Positions 34,591 through 43,026 of a DNA stretch of 64,000 nucleotides are shown piece after piece. The stretch lies in NCBI RefSeq assembly GCF_003019035.1, contig NZ_CP027447.1; one strand, given 5' to 3'. The notes under the pieces were generated by a model. That model searched no databases. It was not told the origin of the DNA and saw only the letters and a list, made by a program, of their open reading frames with translations. Both the position numbers and the translations under genes were made by a program. The stretch is from Escherichia coli. GTDB taxonomy: Bacteria > Pseudomonadota > Gammaproteobacteria > Enterobacterales > Enterobacteriaceae. The stretch's first letter is position 1. Each line of letters starts with the position of its first letter.

Positions 34591-34932
34591 ATGGCTATTG
34601 AAAGCGCTGCGGCGACTGTTCCATTAAGCCCCGGCGAACGCCTGAATGGACTTAATCACATAGCGGAATTAAGGGCGAAAGTTTTTGGCCTGAATATTGA
34701 GTCAGAGCTTGAGCGGTTTATTAAAGATATGCGTGATCCACGGGATATCAATAATGAACAAAATAAACGGGCACTGGCTGCTATATTCTTTATGGCAAAA
34801 ATTCCAGCTGAACGTCATAGCATCAGCATTAATGAGCTGACCACTGACGAAAAGCGGGAGCTGATTAAAGCAATGAATCATTTTCGTGCAGTGGTGAGCT
34901 TATTTCCCAGACGGCTAACCATGCCGAATTAA
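34591..34932 (+). CDS. Hypothetical phage early protein
   Basis: 113-aa ORF in the early operon; no motif recognised. Confidence 0.5.
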   Translation: MAIESAAATVPLSPGERLNGLNHIAELRAKVFGLNIESELERFIKDMRDPRDINNEQNKRALAAIFFMAKIPAERHSISINELTTDEKRELIKAMNHFRAVVSLFPRRLTMPN

Positions 34933-34993
34933 CCAACTAATGAAATTAATGGCGTAAACCCGCCGGGCATCCCTTTATCTAAATTCAGGAGAA

Positions 34994-35233
34994 TTGATTA
35001 TGCGTAATATTGAAACCCTCTCGACCAAAACCGGACCGGATGACGCAGGGCTTAATATTTTACTGACAGAAGCTCGTCTGGAAGAACGCCGGGCAAGGGC
35101 TGAAGCAATGGCAGCTCGCCTTGATAGCCTGGCGTGTCATATCACATCCCGCCAGCTAACCCACGTCGAAGCGGCAGAACTGCTTCGTGTGACTGCTGAA
35201 GCAATCCAGAACGAAGCGCAGGAGATCCACTAA
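34994..35233 (+). CDS. Hypothetical phage early protein
   Basis: 79-aa ORF; Ala/Arg/Glu-rich. Confidence 0.5.
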   Translation: MIMRNIETLSTKTGPDDAGLNILLTEARLEERRARAEAMAARLDSLACHITSRQLTHVEAAELLRVTAEAIQNEAQEIH

Positions 35234-35460
35234 TGGCTGATGCAATGGATCTCGTACAGCAGCGCGTTGAAGAAGAACGCCAACGCCATATCCGTGCTGC
35301 CCGTGCCAAAACGCCGGGCGTGTCCCGCGTGCTTTGCATTGAGTGTGAAGCGCCAATTCCGCCAGCACGCCGCCGTGCCATTCCGGGTGTGCAGCTTTGC
35401 ATTACCTGTCAGGAAATCGCAGAGCTGAAAGGCAAACATTACAACGGAGGTGCTGTATGA
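35233..35460 (+). CDS. TraR/DksA-family C4 zinc-finger protein
   Basis: 75-aa ORF with CxxC-N17-CxxC (CIECEAPIPPARRRAIPGVQLCITCQ). Confidence 0.7.
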   Translation: MADAMDLVQQRVEEERQRHIRAARAKTPGVSRVLCIECEAPIPPARRRAIPGVQLCITCQEIAELKGKHYNGGAV

Positions 35461-36314
35461 GCACCATCCTGAAATGGGCGGGAAATAAAACTGCCATAAT
35501 GTCCGAACTGAAAAAACATCTTCCTGCTGGCCCGCGACTGGTTGAACCTTTCGCGGGTTCCTGTGCTGTGATGATGGAGACGGATTATCCCAGCTATCTG
35601 GTTGCGGATATTAATCCTGATTTAATCAACCTCTATAAAAAGGTTGTCGCTGATTGTGAATCGTTTATATCTCGCGCCAGAGTTTTATTTGAGAACGCAA
35701 ACAGGGAGATGGATTATTACAACATAAGGCAGGAGTTTAATTACTCAACTGAAATTACTGATTTCATGAAAGCGGTATATTTCCTGTATCTCAATCGTCA
35801 CGGTTACCGTGGTTTATGTCGCTATAACAAGAGCGGGCATTTCAACATTCCCTACGGTAATTATAAAAATCCGTATTTCCCTGAAAAAGAAATTCGCGCA
35901 TTTGCAGAGAAAGCCCAGCGGGCAACGTTTATCTGCGCCAGCTTTGATGAAACGCTGGCGATGCTGCAGGTGGGGGATGTGGTGTATTGCGATCCGCCTT
36001 ATGACGGCACGTTTTCCGGTTATCACACTGACGGCTTCACTGAAGATGACCAGTATCATCTGGCATCCGTTCTTGAGCATCGGTCATCAGAAGGACATCC
36101 GGTCATTGTTTCTAACAGTGACACATCCCTGATCCGTTCGCTGTATCGCAATTTTACTCACCACTACATCAAGGCAAAACGCAGCATCGGCGTAGCAGCT
36201 GGTGAGAGTAAATCTGCAACAGAAATCATCGCTGTTTCTGGGGCACGCTGCTGGGTGGGATTTGATCCTTCGCGTGGCGTGGATAGTTCTGCTGTGTACG
36301 AGGTGCGTGTATGA
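35457..36314 (+). CDS. DNA adenine (N6) methyltransferase, Dam-like, phage-encoded orphan
   Basis: Start at [14 protein letters not shown]-binding EPFAGSCAV and catalytic DPPY motif ([10 protein letters not shown]). Confidence 0.8.
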   Translation: MSTILKWAGNKTAIMSELKKHLPAGPRLVEPFAGSCAVMMETDYPSYLVADINPDLINLYKKVVADCESFISRARVLFENANREMDYYNIRQEFNYSTEITDFMKAVYFLYLNRHGYRGLCRYNKSGHFNIPYGNYKNPYFPEKEIRAFAEKAQRATFICASFDETLAMLQVGDVVYCDPPYDGTFSGYHTDGFTEDDQYHLASVLEHRSSEGHPVIVSNSDTSLIRSLYRNFTHHYIKAKRSIGVAAGESKSATEIIAVSGARCWVGFDPSRGVDSSAVYEVRV

Positions 36315-38725
36315 GTCATGACGATATGAGCAACTCTAGCGGCTTTAACGAGGCCGCTGCATCATTTTCATGGAACGGCCCGAAAAAGGCCATTAACCCT
36401 TATCTGGACCCGGCGGAAGTTGCGCCGGAGTCTGCACTTTCAAACCTGATCACTCTGTATGCTGCCGATAACGAGCAGGAACAACTGCGCCGCGAGGCAC
36501 TGAGTGAGCAGGTCTGGGAGCGTTATTTCTTTAATGAATCCCGTGATCCTGTCCAGCGCGAAATGGAGCAGGATAAGCTCATTAGCCGGGCAAAGCTGGC
36601 GCATGAGCAGCAGCGTTTTAATCCAGACATGGTCATTCTGGCTGACGTCAACGCCCAGCCTTCCCATATCAGCAAGCCGCTGATGCAACGTATTGAATAC
36701 TTCAGCAGCCTGGGCAGGCCAAAGGCTTATTCCCGCTATTTGCGTGAGACGATTAAGCCATGTCTGGAACGACTGGAGCATGTACGCGACAGTCAGCTAT
36801 CCACTTCTTTTCGCTTTATGGCAAGCCATGAAGGGCTGGACGGCCTGCTGATCCTGCCTGAAATGAGTCAGGATCAGGTGAAACGCCTGTCTACCCTTGT
36901 CGCTGCGCATATGAGCATGTGTCTTGATGCCGCTTGTGGTGATTTGTACGCCACCGATGATGTTAAGCCAGAAGAAATCCGCAAGACATGGGAAAAGGTG
37001 GCAGCGGAAACCCTACGTTTGGATGTCATCCCGCCTGCGTTTGAGCAACTCCGTCGGAAAAGAAACCGCCGTAAACCAGTGCCCTATGAACTCATTCCGG
37101 GCTCGCTGGCGCGTATGCTGTGCGCCGACTGGTGGTATCGGAAATTGTGGAAGATGCGTTGCGAATGGCGGGAAGAGCAGTTGCGTGCTGTCTGCCTGGT
37201 CAGCAAAAAAGCATCTCCCTATGTCAGCTATGAAGCTGTGATGCATAAACGTGAGCAGCGCCGTAAGTCGCTGGAGTTTTTCCGTTCTCATGAACTGGTG
37301 AACGAAGACGGAGACGCGCTGGATATGGAAGATGTGGTAAACGCCAGCTGCAGCAACCCGGCGCATCGCCGCAATGAGATGATGGCCTGTGTTAAAGGTC
37401 TGGAGCTTATCGCGGAAATGCGCGGTGACTGCGCCGTTTTCTACACCATTACCTGTCCGTCACGTTTCCATTCCACGCTCAATAACGGCAGACCCAACCC
37501 GACCTGGAAAAACGCGACGGTAAGACAAAGCAGCGATTATCTGGTCGGTATGTTTGCTGCATTTCGTAAGGCGATGCACAAAGCCGGGTTGCGCTGGTAT
37601 GGCGTGCGGGTGGCTGAGCCGCATCACGACGGCACAGTTCACTGGCACCTGTTGTGTTTCATGCGCAAAAAAGACCGCCGCGCCATTACTGCATTGTTGC
37701 GTAAGTTTGCTATCCGTGAAGACCGCGAGGAGCTGGGCAATAACACGGGGCCGCGCTTTAAGTCTGAGTTGATTAACCCGCGCAAAGGTACGCCAACAAG
37801 CTACATCGCGAAATACATCAGTAAGAACATTGACGGGCGTGGTCTGGCTGGCGAGATCAGCAAGGAAACGGGGAAATCCCTGCGTGATAATGCTGAATAC
37901 GTTAATGCCTGGGCGTCTCTGCATCGTGTTCAGCAATTCCGCTTCTTTGGCATTCCGGGGCGTCAGGCTTACCGCGAACTGCGATTGCTGGCTGGTCAGG
38001 CGGCAAGGCAACAGGGGGACAAAAAAGCAGGTGCGCCGGTACTGGATAACCCGCGCCTTGATGCAATCCTGGCTGCTGCTGATGCTGGTTGTTTTGCCAC
38101 CTACATCATGAAGCAGGGCGGCGTACTGGTTCCCCGCAAATATCACCTGATCAGAACCGCTTATGAAATCAACGAAGAGCCGACCGCCTATGGCGATCAC
38201 GGCATTCGTATTTATGGCATCTGGTCACCCATTGCAGAGGGCAAGATCTGCACTCATGCAGTGAAGTGGAAAATGGTTCGTAAGGCCGTTGACGTTCAGG
38301 AGGCGGCAGCCGACCAGGGCGCTTGCGCCCCTTGGACTCGTGGCAATAACTGTCCCCTTGCTGAAAATTTGAACCAACAAGGGAAAGACAAATCAGCTGA
38401 TGGGGACTCCAGAACGGATATTACCCGTATGAATGACAAGGAGTTGCACGATTACCTGCACAGTATGAGCAAAAAAGAGCGCCGGGAACTGGCTGCAAGG
38501 TTACGCCAGGTGAAACCGAAACGGCGTAAAGACTACAAACAGCGAATTACAGACCATCAGCGACAGCAGCTCGTCTATGAACTGAAGTCCAGGGGATTTG
38601 ATGGCAGCGAGAAAGAAGTCGATTTGCTCCTTCGCGGCGGCAGTATTCCGTCAGGAGCAGGCCTGCGTATCTTCTATCGGAACCAACGTCTGAAGGAAGA
38701 TGATAAGTGGCGGAACCTGTATTAA
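36311..38725 (+). CDS. Replication initiation endonuclease (P2 gpA-like, HUH rolling-circle family)
   Basis: 804-aa ORF; HUH motif (HWHLLCF) and catalytic tyrosine pair (SYIAKYISK). Confidence 0.88.
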   Translation: MSHDDMSNSSGFNEAAASFSWNGPKKAINPYLDPAEVAPESALSNLITLYAADNEQEQLRREALSEQVWERYFFNESRDPVQREMEQDKLISRAKLAHEQQRFNPDMVILADVNAQPSHISKPLMQRIEYFSSLGRPKAYSRYLRETIKPCLERLEHVRDSQLSTSFRFMASHEGLDGLLILPEMSQDQVKRLSTLVAAHMSMCLDAACGDLYATDDVKPEEIRKTWEKVAAETLRLDVIPPAFEQLRRKRNRRKPVPYELIPGSLARMLCADWWYRKLWKMRCEWREEQLRAVCLVSKKASPYVSYEAVMHKREQRRKSLEFFRSHELVNEDGDALDMEDVVNASCSNPAHRRNEMMACVKGLELIAEMRGDCAVFYTITCPSRFHSTLNNGRPNPTWKNATVRQSSDYLVGMFAAFRKAMHKAGLRWYGVRVAEPHHDGTVHWHLLCFMRKKDRRAITALLRKFAIREDREELGNNTGPRFKSELINPRKGTPTSYIAKYISKNIDGRGLAGEISKETGKSLRDNAEYVNAWASLHRVQQFRFFGIPGRQAYRELRLLAGQAARQQGDKKAGAPVLDNPRLDAILAAADAGCFATYIMKQGGVLVPRKYHLIRTAYEINEEPTAYGDHGIRIYGIWSPIAEGKICTHAVKWKMVRKAVDVQEAAADQGACAPWTRGNNCPLAENLNQQGKDKSADGDSRTDITRMNDKELHDYLHSMSKKERRELAARLRQVKPKRRKDYKQRITDHQRQQLVYELKSRGFDGSEKEVDLLLRGGSIPSGAGLRIFYRNQRLKEDDKWRNLY

Positions 38726-38794
38726 TTACGCGGGTTAACAATTCGTGCTCTTAATAATACCAGGCATATCAGGCCGATGAACGTAAAAAAACGT

Positions 38795-38837
38795 TTTACA
38801 TCAGTAAGATTATTATATACTGTAAATATAAACAGTG
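38795..38837 (+). promoter_or_regulatory. SOS promoter: -35 TTTACA, 17-bp spacer, -10 TACTGT overlapping a LexA box (taCTGTaaatataaACAGtg, 38818..38837)
   Basis: CTGT-N8-ACAG with an AT-rich spacer read directly; 40 bp upstream of the ATG at 38878. Confidence 0.7.
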
Positions 38838-38877
38838 GTTATGTATACAGTATTGTTTTGGTGTCATAGGAGGAAAG

Positions 38878-39066
38878 ATGCAGGACTATTTTTTGGAGTC
38901 TTTGAAGCTCCAGCGCATTGATTTTTTTCTTAAGCTTGTAGCGGCTAGTGAGTGTAGTGATGAAGAGAAGGGGCTGGCTCTGCAGTGGGTTTCTGAATTG
39001 ACTGATGAACTCATGGCAAAAATCAGAAGCCACGAATACAACCGCTCAATGGATGTCATCAGCTGA
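38878..39066 (+). CDS. SOS-regulated small protein (possible antirepressor, Tum-like by position)
   Basis: 62-aa ORF with strong RBS (AGGAGG); first gene downstream of the LexA box. Confidence 0.5.
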   Translation: MQDYFLESLKLQRIDFFLKLVAASECSDEEKGLALQWVSELTDELMAKIRSHEYNRSMDVIS

Positions 39067-39076
39067 GGTGACTTTT

Positions 39077-39310
39077 ATGCGCATTGAAATAATGATCGAT
39101 AAAGAGCAGAAGATTAGCCAGTCTACCCTGGACGCCCTTGAATCCGAGCTTTACCGCAATCTGCGCCCCCTGTATCCCAAAACGGTAATTCGCATTCGCA
39201 AAGGTAGCTCTAACGGTGTGGAACTAACCGGACTGCAACTGGATGAAGAAAGAAAACAAGTGATGAATATTATGCAGAAGGTGTGGGAGGACGACAGCTG
39301 GCTGCATTAA
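39077..39310 (+). CDS. DinI-family protein
   Basis: Start at MRIEIMIDKEQK (RBS GAGGTGA); 77 aa; resembles recalled DinI including the acidic C-terminus (WEDDSWLH). Confidence 0.75.
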   Translation: MRIEIMIDKEQKISQSTLDALESELYRNLRPLYPKTVIRIRKGSSNGVELTGLQLDEERKQVMNIMQKVWEDDSWLH

Positions 39311-39502
39311 GAAACGTTGCCCCCAGGAGGATTCATTCTGATGGGGGCTAGTTTGGGCAATGAGTGAAATAAGGCGTAAGGTGGGCGGTTATTTTGATAA
39401 GTGATCGTCCGCTTTGTGTCAGAAGCAGAAGTGGGAGTGTCTGAGACTCTCTAAAAGTTGATGATTCACTTACAAAACCATTTTCCTGATGGATGCTTAC
39501 AC

Positions 39503-39838
39503 TTACGAATGATCATTCTGTTTAGTCTTCATGAGAAAATCCCGAATCTTTGCCAAGTTTGAATTTTCGGGGATTGAATCCATGTACGGATCACGCTCAA
39601 ACACTAATTGCTCAGATTCAACGAAAGCCTGCCACTCTACTGGGTCTAGCTCAAATCCCATTGCTGTCATATCACTTTCATCTTCCCCCTCGATCCAGTG
39701 GACTAAATAAAACAATTCATCATCAGGAGAATCATCCTCACCATCAACAATATCAACATCGGTTACAGTGATACGTAGGGTGGGATCGATTTTTGAGACA
39801 TAAATTCCTAACTGTGGTATAGGGGGAATATTGTTCAT
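39503..39838 (-). CDS. Highly acidic small protein of unknown function
   Basis: 111-aa ORF with GGAG RBS; very Asp/Glu-rich (e.g. DVDIVDGEDDSPDDELFY, EGEDESD). Confidence 0.55.
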   Translation of the reverse strand: MNNIPPIPQLGIYVSKIDPTLRITVTDVDIVDGEDDSPDDELFYLVHWIEGEDESDMTAMGFELDPVEWQAFVESEQLVFERDPYMDSIPENSNLAKIRDFLMKTKQNDHS

Positions 39839-40303
39839 GGAAACTCCTTTTATTGGTGTTTGCTATTTGAATAAAAATACGCCAAACAGAGTGTTAACTG
39901 TGAATATGGAAAGAATCGTTGTAAGTACCCCGCTTAGGTGTCCCATTCTATTTTAGAGGTTCTCGTGCATATGGATTATGTTATCTGAAAGTTAACTTCC
40001 GCTTCCCGTTCACAGCGAACATTCATCTTTGTAAACCCGTATGATCCGTTTTTCAAGTGGCCATTCAGATACGGATTTTCACTTCCTTGACAGTGCATGA
40101 CTATGCTGCATGAAATCGCATGATCGATTGAGGATCGTCTTTGCTCAGATCCGCCAGAACTGGCGGGCTTTTGCTCATGTCATGCATGTGCATGAAAACC
40201 ACTGCATAAAGCGGGCAGGCGTGGCGGGGATACGAGCGCGCGCTTATTACTTTGATAGTACTCGGGTTATAATATGGATGACTATCTATCTCGGAGAATG
40301 TGC

Positions 40304-41956
40304 ATGTCATTGGACTATATTAAAGAACAGTTGTCAGACTTTATTTCATCTGCAGAACCTGAGGTAATGGCTATTCAGGGTGAATGGGGGATTGGGAAAA
40401 CCTATACTTGGAATACTTTCTTAAAGGAAAATAAAAATAAGATTGCATTTAATAGATATAGTTACGTCTCTCTTTTTGGTGTTAATTCATTGGACGCATT
40501 AAAATATTCCATCTTTGAAAATACAATTACAAAAGATTTTATTGGAAATAAACCTAATTTAAAAACAGCAACACAAAATACAAAGGGACTTCTTGAATCC
40601 TGCACTAGAAAGACCGCTCGTTTGTTAAAAGAAACACCTGTTGTGAAAAATTTCGCTACGACACTTGAGTCAATGTCATTTATGTCAATTACTAATGTTA
40701 TTGTAGTCATAGATGACTTAGAAAGACGTGGTAAAAATTTAGAAGTGAAAGATGTCTTAGGGTTGGTTTCTTTATTGAAAGAACAAAAAAATTGTAAGGT
40801 GGTTCTTTTACTTAATAATGGGACAAGTGGTATGGATGATTACTCCACTTATAAAGAAAAGGTTATTGATAGAGAGATTACCTATAACCCTACGCCAGAA
40901 GAATGTGCAGCTATAGCATATAAAAATAATTCTGATGTTCATAAATTATTAAGCAAATACTCCATTTCTCTGGGTATTAAAAATATTCGGATACTGAAAA
41001 AAATAGAGCGGTTTTTGCTAGCCTTGTTACCTGCTATTAACGTTAATTTTGATAAAATTGCAAATGAAGTCGCACGCTCCTTAACTTTGTATTGTTGGAG
41101 TCATTACGCATTTACTCCAGATGGAGATGTACCATCATTGGAATATATTAGAAATATGAGAAATATCTATATGCGTGATGAAAAAGAGGATGGAAAAGGA
41201 AAAAAATGGCTTAATACTTTGCTTATATATGGTTATAAAAAAACAAACGAACTTGATGAAGTCCTTATAGACATGGTTAAGCATGGATATATTGATATGA
41301 ACAATTTTCAAAGGCAAGTAAGTCTAAGAAATGATGAACTTATCCGTGATAGTAAGCGAGGTTCACTGTTTGAAGCATGGAAGCTTTTCTATAATTCATT
41401 TGAAGATAACCGAAATCAGGTTGTTGATAATCTATATCAAGCGGTGGTTGGTGGGATAGAGTATGTAACTCCAAGTGACTTGGATAGTGTTGTCGGACTG
41501 TATAGAGATTTAGATGAAAATATTAAAGCAAGTGAATTAATAAGTAAATTTATTAATTACGGCAATGATGCTCTTAAGGAATATGTCCAATCTATTTACA
41601 TGAATGTTCATCCTATAAAAGATGCTGAGTTAAAGTCAAAAATCCAAGATTATTCTATTACTTTAAATCTGGATGGTTCTATAAAGGATGTTCTAATAAA
41701 ATTATCAAGTCAGAATGGTTGGTCTGATAGGCACGAGGAAATATTGGATGCTGCCTCAGAGGATGACTACTATGATTTATTTAAAAAAGTCATTCTTGAA
41801 GGTGGTGATTCAATAATAGCCACTGCTCTTAAGTTTGGTGGGTATAGCAATGGTTCAGATAGAATGAAACGCATCGGAGAAAAAGCGAGAAATGCTTTGA
41901 TAAGAATTGGAAATGAGTCGAAGATTAATAAAATACGTGTTAGACGGTATTTGTAA
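40304..41956 (+). CDS. KAP-family P-loop NTPase (alternative start at 40274)
   Basis: Walker A of KAP type (GEWGIGKTY) and Walker B (VIVVIDDLERRG); AT-rich codon usage unlike the flanking phage genes; lies at the P2 old/tin position between A and Q. Confidence 0.75.
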   Translation: MSLDYIKEQLSDFISSAEPEVMAIQGEWGIGKTYTWNTFLKENKNKIAFNRYSYVSLFGVNSLDALKYSIFENTITKDFIGNKPNLKTATQNTKGLLESCTRKTARLLKETPVVKNFATTLESMSFMSITNVIVVIDDLERRGKNLEVKDVLGLVSLLKEQKNCKVVLLLNNGTSGMDDYSTYKEKVIDREITYNPTPEECAAIAYKNNSDVHKLLSKYSISLGIKNIRILKKIERFLLALLPAINVNFDKIANEVARSLTLYCWSHYAFTPDGDVPSLEYIRNMRNIYMRDEKEDGKGKKWLNTLLIYGYKKTNELDEVLIDMVKHGYIDMNNFQRQVSLRNDELIRDSKRGSLFEAWKLFYNSFEDNRNQVVDNLYQAVVGGIEYVTPSDLDSVVGLYRDLDENIKASELISKFINYGNDALKEYVQSIYMNVHPIKDAELKSKIQDYSITLNLDGSIKDVLIKLSSQNGWSDRHEEILDAASEDDYYDLFKKVILEGGDSIIATALKFGGYSNGSDRMKRIGEKARNALIRIGNESKINKIRVRRYL

Positions 41957-41959
41957 TTT

Positions 41960-41983
41960 GGGAGGGGGATTTTCATCCCCCCC
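41960..41983. terminator. GC-rich hairpin between convergent KAP gene and portal gene Q
   Basis: gggagggggat-tttc-atccccccc read directly. Confidence 0.5.
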
Positions 41984-41994
41984 ACACATTTTAT

Positions 41995-43026
41995 CTAATT
42001 CAATGAATAATCTTTGAAGGCTATTATTTTTTTCTTTAGCCAAATATTAACTTCTACAAGTCTTTTTTGTAAAGGAATTAACTCATTTCGCACAAAAACG
42101 CAACCGGCTTTCTCTATATCCCCAAATCCCCCAACATTATTAGGCATTATCCCCATCATTTGTGGCGGTACACGGTGCGCAGCCATCATGTCATCGCGGC
42201 TGACATTTTTGATATTCAGAAACTCATCCTTCGCCGCGACTTCTGACAGAGGAATGATCTGAAGGCCGTCCTTTTTGCCGTTAGGCGAGTACATAAACAG
42301 GTTGCGGAAGTTGCCTGGACCTTTGGCGCTTTTCATCGCGTTGCGGAGATTGTTCACATCCTCCTGATTCTGCGCGGCGTCGGTCATGTACATGATGAAG
42401 CCTGCATGGCTGCCGTTGATGTAATACTTACGGCGGAACAGCGTGGCAGACTCGTTGAGCAGGGCGGATGGAATGGCAGAAAGATAGCCTGGCAGGCCGT
42501 AGATCTCCTGGTTGATGTCCGGTTCCATCAGATGAAAAATGCTGCCTTTCGTGAACTGATACGGCTGGGTTGTCATACCGTATTGCACAAACCAGTAGGT
42601 ATCCAGGTCTAACCCACGTCGGGTGTATTTTGCCAGCGCAGGCTCAAGGGCGATAACTTCACCGAATCGGTTCGTGCGTTTCTCCAGGTAGGCGTTACCA
42701 AATACCAGATAGTCCTGCACAAAACGCGAAAAAGCCTGTTGGCTGAGCAGCGGATGAGGGATATAGGTACTGGTCAGAATGTTGCACTTTACTGCAATCG
42801 GGGAACTGTGATGCACGGCAGCGCGGAAGGTGCGTGCCAGTCCGTCAAAACTTACGGGTGGCTCATACCAGCGATCCGTCTGTACGCATTCCACATAGTC
42901 CAGCAGTTCGCGGCGGTCCAGTACAGGAATGGGATCACCAAAGCTGAAAGCTTCGGCTGAAATTTGATTTTTATGCTGACTCTGTTTCGTCGTCGCAGCG
43001 CGGTTTTTCTTACTCTTTCCCATCAA
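41995..43026 (-). CDS. Portal protein (P2 gpQ-like)
   Basis: 343-aa ORF adjacent to and co-oriented with the large terminase gene, as in P2. Confidence 0.85.
   Translation of the reverse strand: MMGKSKKNRAATTKQSQHKNQISAEAFSFGDPIPVLDRRELLDYVECVQTDRWYEPPVSFDGLARTFRAAVHHSSPIAVKCNILTSTYIPHPLLSQQAFSRFVQDYLVFGNAYLEKRTNRFGEVIALEPALAKYTRRGLDLDTYWFVQYGMTTQPYQFTKGSIFHLMEPDINQEIYGLPGYLSAIPSALLNESATLFRRKYYINGSHAGFIMYMTDAAQNQEDVNNLRNAMKSAKGPGNFRNLFMYSPNGKKDGLQIIPLSEVAAKDEFLNIKNVSRDDMMAAHRVPPQMMGIMPNNVGGFGDIEKAGCVFVRNELIPLQKRLVEVNIWLKKKIIAFKDYSLN

Noticed and set aside
37460-38200. 246-aa minus-strand ORF
   Set aside because: Embedded antisense in the replication protein A gene, whose HUH and catalytic-tyrosine motifs support the plus-strand frame.
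40110-40367. 85-aa plus-strand ORF and 69-aa minus-strand ORF (40101..40310) in the KAP leader
   Set aside because: No RBS, overlapping each other and the KAP start region; more likely non-coding leader.
41957-41994. Expected phage cos site between the cargo locus and the Q gene stop
   Set aside because: I could not recognise the P2/186 cohesive-end sequence from memory in this interval; not callable without an alignment.
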